64,000 nt of DNA from Thermodesulfovibrionales bacterium (GTDB taxonomy: Bacteria; Nitrospirota; Thermodesulfovibrionia; Thermodesulfovibrionales; UBA6898): positions 1 through 64,000 of the forward strand of contig JBIOIY010000007.1 of the NCBI GenBank assembly GCA_044450345.1. Direction: 5' to 3'. Position numbers and translations under genes: made by a program. The notes under the pieces were generated by a model, which was given only the letters and a program-made list of their open reading frames with translations, did no database searches and was not told the DNA's origin. Shown one piece after another: positions 1-8,685 of the stretch (the first letter of the stretch is position 1; each line of letters begins with the position of its first letter).

Positions 1-201
1 ATCGGAGTAGCCGCCGACAATATAGGTAGTAGCCGCCTGGAGCAGCACCATTATACTGAAGGCCAAACCGAGTTTTTCCACCCCGCCGCTGAGCTTCGCG
101 ACCTGAAGCACATAAAAAGGGCCGATGAATCCCATGACAACTGCCCAGATGGAGCTCACACTCGTGAATATGCGGAGATTCCTTTCATTCGTCGTGATCA
201 A
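1..201 (-). CDS. MFS transporter, N-terminal part (runs off window edge; not in ORF track)
   Basis: Manual translation from TTG at 201 (overlaps rSAM stop): MITTNERNLRIFTSVSSIWAVVMGFIGPFYVLQVAKLSGGVEKLGLAFSIMVLLQAATTYIVGGYSD; two TM helices ending at the start of MFS motif A (GxxSD). Confidence 0.75.
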   Translation of the reverse strand, partial: MITTNERNLRIFTSVSSIWAVVMGFIGPFYVLQVAKLSGGVEKLGLAFSIMVLLQAATTYIVGGYSD

Positions 202-1499
202 TCGCCGGTCTCCGGCATGTATTTTATGTCCTGTCCGACAAGGGTCTCAAGTGTTGCATCCAGATAAGGCTTTTTGCAATCGGTCTCGTGAATGTTTCCG
301 TCTCTCAGGACCTTCATAAACCTGCATCCCCCAAAACAGAGCGGCAGGTATTCGCAGTCAAGGCATTGCCCGTTCTTCCAGACATCAAGAGCATGAGACT
401 CATGAATTTCGAATAAACCTTCTCTGAGGTTTCCTGCAGCAAACCCCTCCCACCCGATAAACCCGGGGCATTTGTAGATCGTCCCGTCATAACTCACCAC
501 AACATCATTCGTCAGCCCTATCATACAAGGGGCGGGAAGGATTTTAGGGGTCTTGAACCCCCGCTTAAGGATCTCCTCCCTAAGAAAAAGGGTGGCCTTG
601 AATATCCAGGGTTCATTAATCGATTCGCTGCCGTCCCTGAATTCCGGAAGTGCAAACCTCCCGCCCGGCTTTACGACAGGATCAAATTTGACGATGAGAA
701 ACTTCTCCGGCGATAGACCCTCTGCGATGAGATAATCAAGGAGTTCGGGAAAACTCGTGTAGTTCTCCTCGGTATAGTTGCCGCCGATCTGGATGCTCAG
801 GATATCATATACCTCTTTAATGTTCTTTACGATCGTTTCGAAGGTCCCGCTCCCGGATTTGAAAGGTCGAAAGGAATTGTGGTTGTCCTTTGGACCATCG
901 AGCGTTATCTTTGCACTCTTCATCCCCAGGGCTGCAAGCTTCTTCGCTCTGGCCCGCGTCAATAGGGTTCCGTTCGTTACAAGATTGAAGGAGTATGTGA
1001 GCCCCCTGCCTTCAGACAATGATTTCAGTCTCTTAGAGACCCTCGTGATATCGTCAAAGCTTAAGAGGGGCTCACCCCCGTAGAAGTCGACATGCACGTC
1101 TTTGCCCTGAGAGAGGGCATGTTTTTCCAGAAAATCTGTCAGAAGCCCCAGGGTCTCCGTGGACATATAGTGCTTCCCCTTCATGTTTCCTTCATAGCAA
1201 TAGGTGCAGCGCAGGTTACAATCGAGGTTCATAACTACAATGGCATTGAATCTTCTCGCGCGTTTGTTGATGTCATCAATAAGACCTTGCATTTCCCTTA
1301 TTTCTTCATCCCTGTCAGAAACTAAAAAACCGAGTTCAGATAGAATCTTCCGATCCGAGGGCTCCAGCTCTCCCTTTTCTATTTGCTCAAGCGCGGTCTT
1401 AGGCAAGAGAATCGTTGATGCCCGCCTGGTGGAATAAAGGACCAGGTAGTCGGGATCATCTTCATAAGTATATGTCTTAATATATCTGGATAATTGCAT
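198..1499 (-). CDS. Radical SAM/SPASM peptide maturase (geopeptide-maturase-like)
   Basis: CNLRCTYC, FYGGEP, VTNGT; SPASM cysteines C-x...-YKC-...CLDCEYLPLCFGGC...C; N-terminal RRE-like region. Start taken at MQLSRY (1499) because the upstream ATG at 1535 lies within a terminator hairpin. Confidence 0.9.
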   Translation of the reverse strand: MQLSRYIKTYTYEDDPDYLVLYSTRRASTILLPKTALEQIEKGELEPSDRKILSELGFLVSDRDEEIREMQGLIDDINKRARRFNAIVVMNLDCNLRCTYCYEGNMKGKHYMSTETLGLLTDFLEKHALSQGKDVHVDFYGGEPLLSFDDITRVSKRLKSLSEGRGLTYSFNLVTNGTLLTRARAKKLAALGMKSAKITLDGPKDNHNSFRPFKSGSGTFETIVKNIKEVYDILSIQIGGNYTEENYTSFPELLDYLIAEGLSPEKFLIVKFDPVVKPGGRFALPEFRDGSESINEPWIFKATLFLREEILKRGFKTPKILPAPCMIGLTNDVVVSYDGTIYKCPGFIGWEGFAAGNLREGLFEIHESHALDVWKNGQCLDCEYLPLCFGGCRFMKVLRDGNIHETDCKKPYLDATLETLVGQDIKYMPETGD

Positions 1500-1507
1500 T
1501 GCCTTTG

Positions 1508-1533
1508 AAAAAAGAGGGGGAGTTATCTCCCCC
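1508..1533 (-). terminator. Intrinsic terminator/attenuator between precursor and maturase
   Basis: GGGGGAG-N4-CTCCCCC stem (1516-1533) followed by TCTTTTTT on the - strand. Confidence 0.7.
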
Positions 1534-1559
1534 ATCGAGTAAATCTTAAACTCAGCTCT

Positions 1560-1658
1560 CTACCATCTTAACGGCACGAAGGACCCGTAGCAGCAGACAC
1601 CTAATGGACCAGACGACTCCTTTACCCCTTTGCTGAGGACGACTATCGCCTTTTTCAT
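1560..1658 (-). CDS. Putative RiPP precursor peptide, 32 aa (not in ORF track)
   Basis: MKKAIVVLSKGVKESSGPLGVCCYGSFVPLRW*, strong SD GAGGAGG upstream, directly upstream of the rSAM/SPASM gene, Cys-Cys in the C-terminal core. Confidence 0.85.
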   Translation of the reverse strand: MKKAIVVLSKGVKESSGPLGVCCYGSFVPLRW

Positions 1659-1743
1659 CTTTTCCTCCTCTCATATGATCTCAGAATACCTCCGATGGAG
1701 GCCCTATCGTTTATTTTTTCCAAAATGGGACGATCTCCTATTT

Positions 1744-3654
1744 CTATATCTTAAGCCGCAGTCCTGCCTCGACCCATCTTCTGGGGTTCTTGAAGGCATC
1801 CACCAGATATTGAGAGCCGTTAAAGATATTGTGGGCTGTGAAGAAGAGCTCCGCGTTTCTTTTACCAAAAGAGAGGACCTTTTTAGTGAGGCTAAAGTCC
1901 CATATTATAGAGTTATACTGAGCATTGAGTGCCGAATCCGCGTTCCACCAGATATAATGGCCCTTAAGCAAAGCTCTGAGCGATTTGTTGTCGTTGTAAT
2001 GGATCCCCACATCATAGGTATAACGGGGGACGTCCAGCAGTTCTTCTCCGGTATCTCTATCGGTGGCATCGGTAAAGGCAACACCCGCAGAAATGGAGAC
2101 ATTATAGACCGGCACTGTTTTCAGCTCAAACTCGAAACCCTGTCTCCTCTGTTTTCCCTGGTTGACAGCCGTAAATGTCCCGTCACTCAAGGTCTCATTG
2201 AAAAGTGCATCAGTTATTTCATGCCTGAACGCTGTGCCCTTCAACCAGAGGTATTTTAGAACAGTTGATTCGATACCGGCCTGTACAGACCATACCTTCT
2301 CCATATGTAGGTCGGGATTCGGGACAGAGAAGGTACCAGTGCCGAAGGTCGCTGAAAGAGGAGGGGTACTGAACCCTCTTGCTCCAATGGCCCTCAGCAT
2401 CGTTTTTTCACCAAGATTATAGGTCACCCCCAGACTCGGGCTCACGAAGCTGCCGTTGGTACTCGTATGATCATACCTGATGCCTGGAGTGAAGGCGAAC
2501 TTGGCGGCTGTCATCGTGTCATTCACAAATACCGCCCACTTGCCAAGGCTCTGTTTTCCCCCGGTAATATTATTTGACTCAAGTTCCCCATAGTCATAGT
2601 CAAAACCAGAAACCACATCATGAATGCTGTTTTTCCATGTGAACTTGAGGCTCCCGCCGTTGTTCTTATCGTCATAATTGCTTGCCGATAGGATTTCCCC
2701 AGTACTGAGGCTGTTATTGATATGTTCTGCACGCTGACGCGAGGTCCTCAAAGATGCATTAAGGTCTGCGGTATCGGTCAGTGAATAATTAAACGAAAGC
2801 GTAGAAAAAAGATACTCGAAGGCGTTGCCGAAGGAGAGATCAACGGCTGGATACTGCCCCTCTCCCCTTGTCCCCTGGTTATAGCCAAAGGTGAAGGCGA
2901 CGTTGGCCTTTGACGAAACATCCCACTTTAATTTCGAATAAATATTGTTTGAGTAAAAAGAGGTGTTGGGTCTTAACCCGTTTGAAACAAGATTTCCGCC
3001 ATACAGGTAATAGGAAAGACTCTCCACCTTCCCCGAGACCTCAGCCCTGTAATCTCCCGTGTTCCTCTCTCCGTAAGACGCGGAGAGCATTCCTCCCGCC
3101 TTCCGTGATCCATCGCCACCCTTTGTTATGATGTGAATTATCCCGCCCAGTGACGAACCCCATGCAGAGGAGGCCGGCCCCTTGATTATCTCGATCCTAT
3201 CGATAATTTGGGCGGGGACAGCGGCAATGTCGGCGAAGCTGTCTGAGAGGTTATTGAGTGTTACATCATCGATTATCACAATTGCATGCCTGAATTCCGA
3301 GCCCTGTATCCGGGCGGTATCAGCGCTTCCGGGGCCGCCCCGCGAGTCTACCTGAACGCCGGTTATATTAAAGAGGACATCGGCCAGCGTATGTGCGTTC
3401 ATCTCCTCTATGTCTGCGGCTGTGATTACGGTCATGTTCTCGGCGACGTGGGAGATGAGTTTAGGATTCCTCGTGGGAGTCACTACGAGATCTTTCTCGC
3501 CGTAGAACATGTAAAGCGTATTGGTTTCATCTTCAGGCTGTGCCCAGGCATCAGAGATGAATGAAACAGAAAAGGCGAGAAGACAGAGGGCCATTATTTT
3601 TTTTATTAATTGGTCACCGTTCACAAAGTTTGATATAGTATGTGTAGTTGGCAT
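1744..3654 (-). CDS. TonB-dependent outer membrane receptor (BtuB-like plug + barrel)
   Basis: Signal peptide, VVTPTR, IDRIEIIKGPASSAWG..GGIIHIITK plug motif, C-terminal NIFN...PRRWVEAGLRLKI. True start may be downstream (e.g. 3594). Confidence 0.9.
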   Translation of the reverse strand: MPTTHTISNFVNGDQLIKKIMALCLLAFSVSFISDAWAQPEDETNTLYMFYGEKDLVVTPTRNPKLISHVAENMTVITAADIEEMNAHTLADVLFNITGVQVDSRGGPGSADTARIQGSEFRHAIVIIDDVTLNNLSDSFADIAAVPAQIIDRIEIIKGPASSAWGSSLGGIIHIITKGGDGSRKAGGMLSASYGERNTGDYRAEVSGKVESLSYYLYGGNLVSNGLRPNTSFYSNNIYSKLKWDVSSKANVAFTFGYNQGTRGEGQYPAVDLSFGNAFEYLFSTLSFNYSLTDTADLNASLRTSRQRAEHINNSLSTGEILSASNYDDKNNGGSLKFTWKNSIHDVVSGFDYDYGELESNNITGGKQSLGKWAVFVNDTMTAAKFAFTPGIRYDHTSTNGSFVSPSLGVTYNLGEKTMLRAIGARGFSTPPLSATFGTGTFSVPNPDLHMEKVWSVQAGIESTVLKYLWLKGTAFRHEITDALFNETLSDGTFTAVNQGKQRRQGFEFELKTVPVYNVSISAGVAFTDATDRDTGEELLDVPRYTYDVGIHYNDNKSLRALLKGHYIWWNADSALNAQYNSIIWDFSLTKKVLSFGKRNAELFFTAHNIFNGSQYLVDAFKNPRRWVEAGLRLKI

Positions 3655-3698
3655 ATAACTTATTGCGTTTAAGCTAACTATATAAGAAATATTGCCTC

Positions 3699-4619
3699 TT
3701 GTCTACTATGGGGAAATTTGATTTGCGAAAGTATTTCATACTAATATTTCTTTTTTTACTTACTTTCGAGCACGCCTATGCGGGCCAAAAGAGCGTACTC
3801 ATAGTCCAAAGCAGCAAGATAGGGCCTTACAACGAGGCGGTCGAAGGCTTCAAGAGCAGATGTCAGTGCACTGCAAAGGAGTTGGTCCTTTCAGATGCCG
3901 AAGGGCTAAACATATTCCGGGAAATCCGCTCATTCCAACCCGATGTCATTCTCGCCGTGGGGATCAACGCGCTTCTTAGGCTTAAAGCGATCAAAGATGT
4001 TCCCATCGTTTATGCTATGGTCTCCAACCCAGAGTCTATACATTTAGCGGGTGCCAACATTACGGGTGTCAGCATGAATATAGCGCCTGAAAAGCAGTTA
4101 TCCCTCCTTCAATTGGCCTTCCCCGGCCTCAAAAAGATTGGTCTTCTCTACAACCCTCTTAAATCCGGGGGGTTCGTCGAAAAAGCACTCGCATCATCGA
4201 GGGACATGTCGATAAAAATCATTGTAAAGGAAATCCATCATCCCATGGATGTTCCTCTGACAATTAACAGTCTCAAGGACAAAATAGACGCGTTCTGGAT
4301 GATACCCGACTCAACGGTTTTCTCACCAGAGACCGTAGAATATCTCTTCCTCTTTTCCTTTGAGAACAAGATACCTGTCTTGACCTTTTCGGAGAACTAC
4401 CTGTCAATGGGCGCGGTAATGTCCGCAAATATAGATGCAAGAGATATCGGGAAGCAGGCCGGAGAAATGGTAGCGAAGATCCTGTCGGGGGCCAATGTTG
4501 CGGATATCCCAAGTGTTGATGCCCGGAAAGCCAACGTCACGGTAAATCTGATAACGGCAAAAAAAATAGGGAGACCCCTCAGCAACGAGACCCTTTCCCG
4601 GTGGAAGGTAATCAACTGA
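3699..4619 (+). CDS. Orphan ABC transporter substrate-binding protein (ABC_sub_bind-like)
   Basis: Signal peptide; PIVYAMV, ITGV, KKIGLLYNP, DAFWMIPDSTV, IGKQAGEM..KIL, VNLITAKKIG motifs; no permease/ATPase adjacent. Confidence 0.8.
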   Translation: MSTMGKFDLRKYFILIFLFLLTFEHAYAGQKSVLIVQSSKIGPYNEAVEGFKSRCQCTAKELVLSDAEGLNIFREIRSFQPDVILAVGINALLRLKAIKDVPIVYAMVSNPESIHLAGANITGVSMNIAPEKQLSLLQLAFPGLKKIGLLYNPLKSGGFVEKALASSRDMSIKIIVKEIHHPMDVPLTINSLKDKIDAFWMIPDSTVFSPETVEYLFLFSFENKIPVLTFSENYLSMGAVMSANIDARDIGKQAGEMVAKILSGANVADIPSVDARKANVTVNLITAKKIGRPLSNETLSRWKVIN

Positions 4620-5174
4620 GATGAAAGCGAAATTAATCGGCGCTTTGAGAATAATCGGCCAGAGCTTCGGTACAAAGGTAGTTTCACTTTTGTAGTACGC
4701 TTTGATTTCAGGAAGGGCTTTCTTCTCCTGATGAAATCATAGTCTCAATTGACAGCCTTGCGTGTGCGCAGTATAGGAGGGAGTACACGACAAGGGTCTA
4801 AGCCCTCGTTGCTTTTTTTCGGGAAGTTATATTCTTGAGCTCTTCTTCAGATTGCTCTTGCAGCCACTACTCTTGTTTTGCCCACAGATCTTAGGCTCTG
4901 GATTCGGGAATGAAATACATTAAATGCTAATCACCGTATAGCAAAGAATGTGGAGTCTGACATTGCAGAAAACCCGACCCCTCACTGAAGGAGAATGGGT
5001 TGTTTCCCAATTTTCTATCCCAAAGCGCTCAAATAGCATAAGGACTTGAAAGGGGCGGGATTAACACCGGAACAGCAAAAATGTTGGGGAATCCGCTGGA
5101 ATCCGCTGGAGGAGTGGATAAACATTAATTAAATCGGTAAAATGTATTCCACAGTACGGAGAAAGGAGCTAAAC

Positions 5175-5522
5175 ATGAAACTGTTTACGTTGGAAGAGAG
5201 ACAGTACGAATTGGACAAAGAACTAAACCGTATTGTAGACATTACCATCAAAGAATATCAGCCTGAGAAAATAGTCTTATTCGGCTCAATCGCAGAAGGG
5301 ACAACTCACGAATGGAGCGACATCGACATGCTGATAATAAAGGATACCTCTCTGCGGCCTATTGATAGGTGTCTTGAACTGTTCCGGCTTATTCAGCCCA
5401 AAGTCGGGGTAGATCTCTTCATTTATACTCCTGATGAATTCAAAACCCTCTTGGATGAAAAATACTCATTTCTGCTCAATATTCTGAAAAGAGGCAAGGT
5501 GATGTATGAAAAAGGAGACTGA
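5175..5522 (+). CDS. Minimal nucleotidyltransferase (MNT) antitoxin
   Basis: LFGSIAEG...SDIDMLII motif; SD AAGGAG before ATG 5175. Confidence 0.85.
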   Translation: MKLFTLEERQYELDKELNRIVDITIKEYQPEKIVLFGSIAEGTTHEWSDIDMLIIKDTSLRPIDRCLELFRLIQPKVGVDLFIYTPDEFKTLLDEKYSFLLNILKRGKVMYEKGD

Positions 5523-5895
5523 AGAATGGATAAGAATTGCCATTGAGGACTTCCAGTCTGCCAAATACCTGTTAGAGAAATCCCTTTACAGGATGGTCTG
5601 CTATCATGCCCAGCAGACCGTTGAAAAACTGTCCAAAGCCATCCTCGTGCAGCACGATATAGATATTCCGCGCACACATAACCTTCTTGATCTGAATAAT
5701 GCAATAAAAAAACTTGGATATAATGTCCCTCTTTCTGATGAGGACACAGTCTTTTTGAACAGTATCTACCGATCGCGTTATCCATTTGATGCAGGGCTGC
5801 TCCCCCACGGGGAGCCGACAGAGAAAGATGCTGAAAAGGCATTAGACATCGCGAAACAAATGACAGCCTGGTCCAGGGAGATTTTACAATTTTAG
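5506..5895 (+). CDS. HEPN domain protein (toxin of MNT/HEPN pair)
   Basis: W..IA.ED, CYHAQQ.VEK..KA, THNL, SRYP motifs; overlaps the MNT gene. Confidence 0.85.
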   Translation: MKKETEEWIRIAIEDFQSAKYLLEKSLYRMVCYHAQQTVEKLSKAILVQHDIDIPRTHNLLDLNNAIKKLGYNVPLSDEDTVFLNSIYRSRYPFDAGLLPHGEPTEKDAEKALDIAKQMTAWSREILQF

Positions 5896-6365
5896 GAGCT
5901 TCACCAGTATTAATGATTATCTTCAAATAACGTGACCACGTTTGATCCTCCTTTCCAGCCTGAAGTGCATGGCAAGGTTATGTAGAGATCTTTCGTCTTT
6001 CAAAATGAAGTTTTGGCAACAGTACATCCAGAAATAAACGCCGGTCAGTCCGATTCAAAATATCACTTGCAGCCACCAAGTCGCGCCCTTGAGGGCAACC
6101 TGATATTAATGTTTCCGAGTTGAAAGGTTCATCCCCTATGTTCGTTCTCCTCGCTCCCCTATCTGCCATTTTTTCGGCATGGTACTGGGCGAAACTTATC
6201 GGGTAGCTCGGTTGAGCTGAATGACTCTCGGTCCTCGCGATGTCTTCCTGTACCCAACGCGAGTTTCATTTTTTGATATCTGAAGAATGCCGTTTCTACT
6301 AAGCACTTTTGGAAGATGAGACCGACGTTCATTTCTCCCCAAAGTCAACGCCGGAGCCCTCTTGC

Positions 6366-6520
6366 CAAAAAGCCTACAGGGAAGGCAAGTCAGGTCCTTG
6401 CCTCCCTAACATTGCCGTCTTATTTCCCCTTCAATTCTTCCGCGCGCATACTGTGCCATTTTGCAAAATCAAGATATTCAGCTTTCAATTTTTTGGCATC
6501 CTTGATGATTGCGTCGCAGT
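6366..6520 (-). repeat. Copy 1 of a ~155-bp inverted duplicate (3' end of 6420-6773 gene plus downstream sequence)
   Basis: Reverse complement aligns with 36039-36192 with scattered mismatches and one indel. Confidence 0.9.
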
Positions 6521-6773
6521 GGGCGTTCATTTTTTTGAGTCCGGCAACGGGCGTAACCTTTTCGTTTATGAAGAAATGGGTTTTGTAATCTCTCTTCATC
6601 TGTTCATGCTCTGTTATAACCGAATCCAGAGCAGCAGCCTTTTCTTCGTAGGATTTTGCCATCGCAAGATGGTCAGCAGCAACCTGTGATGGCTCCGCCG
6701 CGTATGCTGTATAGGTCACTGCAGAAGCCGCCATTATCGCCAAACATAGAACCAGAATTGTCAAAACTTTCAT
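6420..6773 (-). CDS. Exported helical hypothetical protein with spaced His/Met/Cys
   Basis: Signal peptide; DHLAMA, EHEQMK, MNAHC, WHSM; SD GGAGGAG. Confidence 0.75.
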   Translation of the reverse strand: MKVLTILVLCLAIMAASAVTYTAYAAEPSQVAADHLAMAKSYEEKAAALDSVITEHEQMKRDYKTHFFINEKVTPVAGLKKMNAHCDAIIKDAKKLKAEYLDFAKWHSMRAEELKGK

Positions 6774-6904
6774 CTTTCTTTTCTCCTCCGTTTATTTGTG
6801 TGTTTACAACTCGTACAACCCATGTGCTTTCCTCTTTATGAACGAACAAAATCTCACCTCCTTTACTCGCTAAAGTCAGCTACCTAAATTTTATCAGTAA
6901 TTTA

Positions 6905-6919
6905 TGAAAGTAAAATGAA
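6905..6919 (-). promoter_or_regulatory. TTCA-N7-TTCA direct-repeat box
   Basis: TGAA at 6905 and 6916 (11-bp period), upstream of the 6773 start. Confidence 0.55.
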
Positions 6920-7427
6920 GATTTTTATGGAAAATAGATGTATTTTGCAGGAAAGCTACAATAATGTAAGAACGACATAGGATATCTCACGTCGCAGTCT
7001 TGCCGCGTTATAGAAGACCATGACCTTGTTCGCTGTTTCAGGCAGCGCGATATTCGGGGTCGCTTGATGAAAGGGAAATTAAAGTACGCTAAGGAGATTT
7101 GTTTTAAATAGGGCTGCCATAGTTCAACCTGAAAGGAAATACCAGCCTTGAGAGCCTCGCGGAAGAAAATAAAGTGGGAGACCGGCTGGGGATCGGGGAT
7201 AACCGGTCTCCCTTGGGGAGAGACGACGATTTTTTGGGGATCTTGGAGGGATCGCCGTCCAGATTTATGTTAGCATTTCCTTCCTGCCAACTTGCAACTG
7301 CTTCGGGTATAAGGTGTAGTGGTTGCAGTTTGGTCTAATAGCTCGGTTTCGCTCAATGGAAAAATGGAAGGAGCCCTCTGCCTGGCCGCGTAACCAAAGG
7401 ACTCCGCTAAAAGACGGGAGGAAAAAC

Positions 7428-7461
7428 AAAGGGCGCGGAAAATGATTCTCCGTGCCCTTTT
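7428..7461 (-). terminator. Intrinsic terminator after 7484-8047
   Basis: AAAGGGCGCGGA...TCCGTGCCCTTT inverted repeat; homologous to the hairpin after the paralog at 11316-11345. Confidence 0.65.
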
Positions 7462-7483
7462 AGTCAGATTTGGTGATCTGAAT

Positions 7484-8047
7484 TTATTGAACTACAAAAT
7501 GTGTTGTCCAGAGATAGTAGGTTGACATATTCCCACCTGTCGGGGTTGCCATTAGACCAACTGTATAGGTTCCCTTTGGAAGCGATGAGGTAGGCATATT
7601 AGTAATGGGGGTTTGATCTATGGAAGTAACGCCAGCTATCCAGGGCTCAAAACCCATAGATACAGGCTTTAAAGTGCCGTCCGGATGCATCAGGTAGACA
7701 GTAAAGGGATCAACTGCCGGTGCATAGGCTGTGAGGTACATATCCATAGGACCTGAGAATTGACCGATCGCTGCATGGACGGTAATCATATTGCCACCCA
7801 TAGCAACAGATCCAACACCTATAGGCATTGAATTAGCAATGTCTGTCCCCATCACCGGTCCGGTTGTGGGACCATACTCGAACATCTGTTGGGCCATAGG
7901 CATCTGCATATAAGTTCCGGCTGTGCCGCCAGGCATCATCCCGGTGCCGCCAGATATTCCGGAACCGCCGCTGCCCATCATCGCCTGAGAGCTGCCTGCG
8001 AAGGCAAGCATACAGGTTAAAATTAATACTAAAGTAGTCCTTTTCAT
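7484..8047 (-). CDS. Exported Met/Gly-rich protein, paralog of 10690-11286
   Basis: Signal peptide, Met/Gly-rich linker, beta-rich domain nearly identical to 10690-11286 (MFEYGPT...TTHFVVQ). Confidence 0.8.
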   Translation of the reverse strand: MKRTTLVLILTCMLAFAGSSQAMMGSGGSGISGGTGMMPGGTAGTYMQMPMAQQMFEYGPTTGPVMGTDIANSMPIGVGSVAMGGNMITVHAAIGQFSGPMDMYLTAYAPAVDPFTVYLMHPDGTLKPVSMGFEPWIAGVTSIDQTPITNMPTSSLPKGTYTVGLMATPTGGNMSTYYLWTTHFVVQ

Positions 8048-8130
8048 AAGATTTATTTCTCCTTTTTCTTTTTGCTAATTTTCTTTCTGCTAGGATGCAG
8101 AAAGAACCTTCAAACGTTAGCTTACAGTTG

Positions 8131-8168
8131 CAAAATTAAGAAATTGTGAACTTCTCATTAAATCTTTT
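8131..8168 (-). promoter_or_regulatory. Conserved promoter block with TTCA-N7-TTAA box
   Basis: Reverse complement AGATTTAATGAGAAGTTCACAATTTCTTAATTT aligns with 9575-9607. Confidence 0.6.
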
Positions 8169-8185
8169 TAATCGATCCTTATATA

Positions 8186-8287
8186 TCAGAAGGGCTGAAT
8201 TCTATAAGCAAACGTAACTGCGGACGCCAATATCATGGCTGCCGCCAAAATAAACACTACTTTTTTCTTACTGATCATACCTTTCAT
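8186..8287 (-). pseudogene. Signal-peptide-only mini ORF (33 aa), probable truncated gene
   Basis: MKGMISKKKVVFILAAAMILASAVTFAYRIQPF*, SD GGGAGG, own TTCA-N7-TTCA box at 8442-8456. Confidence 0.5.
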
Positions 8288-8441
8288 TTTACCTCCCGAA
8301 AAAATTGCTTCTCTTTTTTTTAAAAACATCCACATTCAGAAATCATCTGAGTGGAGATACAAAGTAATACACACCACCTTTCCTGAATTGTTTGCTCCCT
8401 AAAAGAAGGGTACCTTTGTCGGGTAATCTATAGTTTCAATT

Positions 8442-8456
8442 TGAAGAAACTATGAA
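8442..8456 (-). promoter_or_regulatory. TTCA-N7-TTCA direct-repeat box
   Basis: TGAA at 8442 and 8453. Confidence 0.55.
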
Positions 8457-8592
8457 GAATAGGTTAAAGAATCTTAATGATCTCCATGCCGCCTCCATGC
8501 CAAGAATTCAATATACATGAAAACTGAAATATAATGGGTATCTAAGAGAAGTGCTAATCGGTAATGTATTTATTAAACGATTTAATGGATAC

Positions 8593-8607
8593 TTCATAAT
8601 ATCTTCA
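8593..8607 (+). promoter_or_regulatory. TTCA-N7-TTCA direct-repeat box
   Basis: TTCATAATATCTTCA preceded by GATTTAATG as in the 8131 and 9575 blocks. Confidence 0.6.
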
Positions 8608-8685
8608 CTTCGAGGCCGTATGGTACTTAACAAAAGGTAAGTACACTGCATTTTTGCAGAAAGAAAAAAAGGAGAGGTGAATCAA

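Noticed and set aside
1630..2259. Long antisense/overlapping ORFs in the track (e.g. 1630-2259, 17011-17616, 28362-29012, 31543-32229)
   Set aside because: Shadows of well-supported genes on the opposite strand, with no motifs or SD.
3648..3666. sigma54 promoter TTGGCA...TTGC
   Set aside because: GG-to-GC spacing is 13 rather than 10 nt.
5091..5110. Tandem ATCCGCTGGA duplication
   Set aside because: Single 10-bp duplication; could be a target-site scar but nothing else supports it.
5978..6169. GCPQG...ASDIL as a reverse transcriptase remnant
   Set aside because: Only a short motif resemblance; no YxDD or other RT motifs seen.
7176..7260. Two purine-rich hairpins (GGGAGACCGG...CCGGTCTCCC and GACGACGAT...ATCGCCGTC)
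   Set aside because: No recognisable RNA family or associated gene; function cannot be supported.
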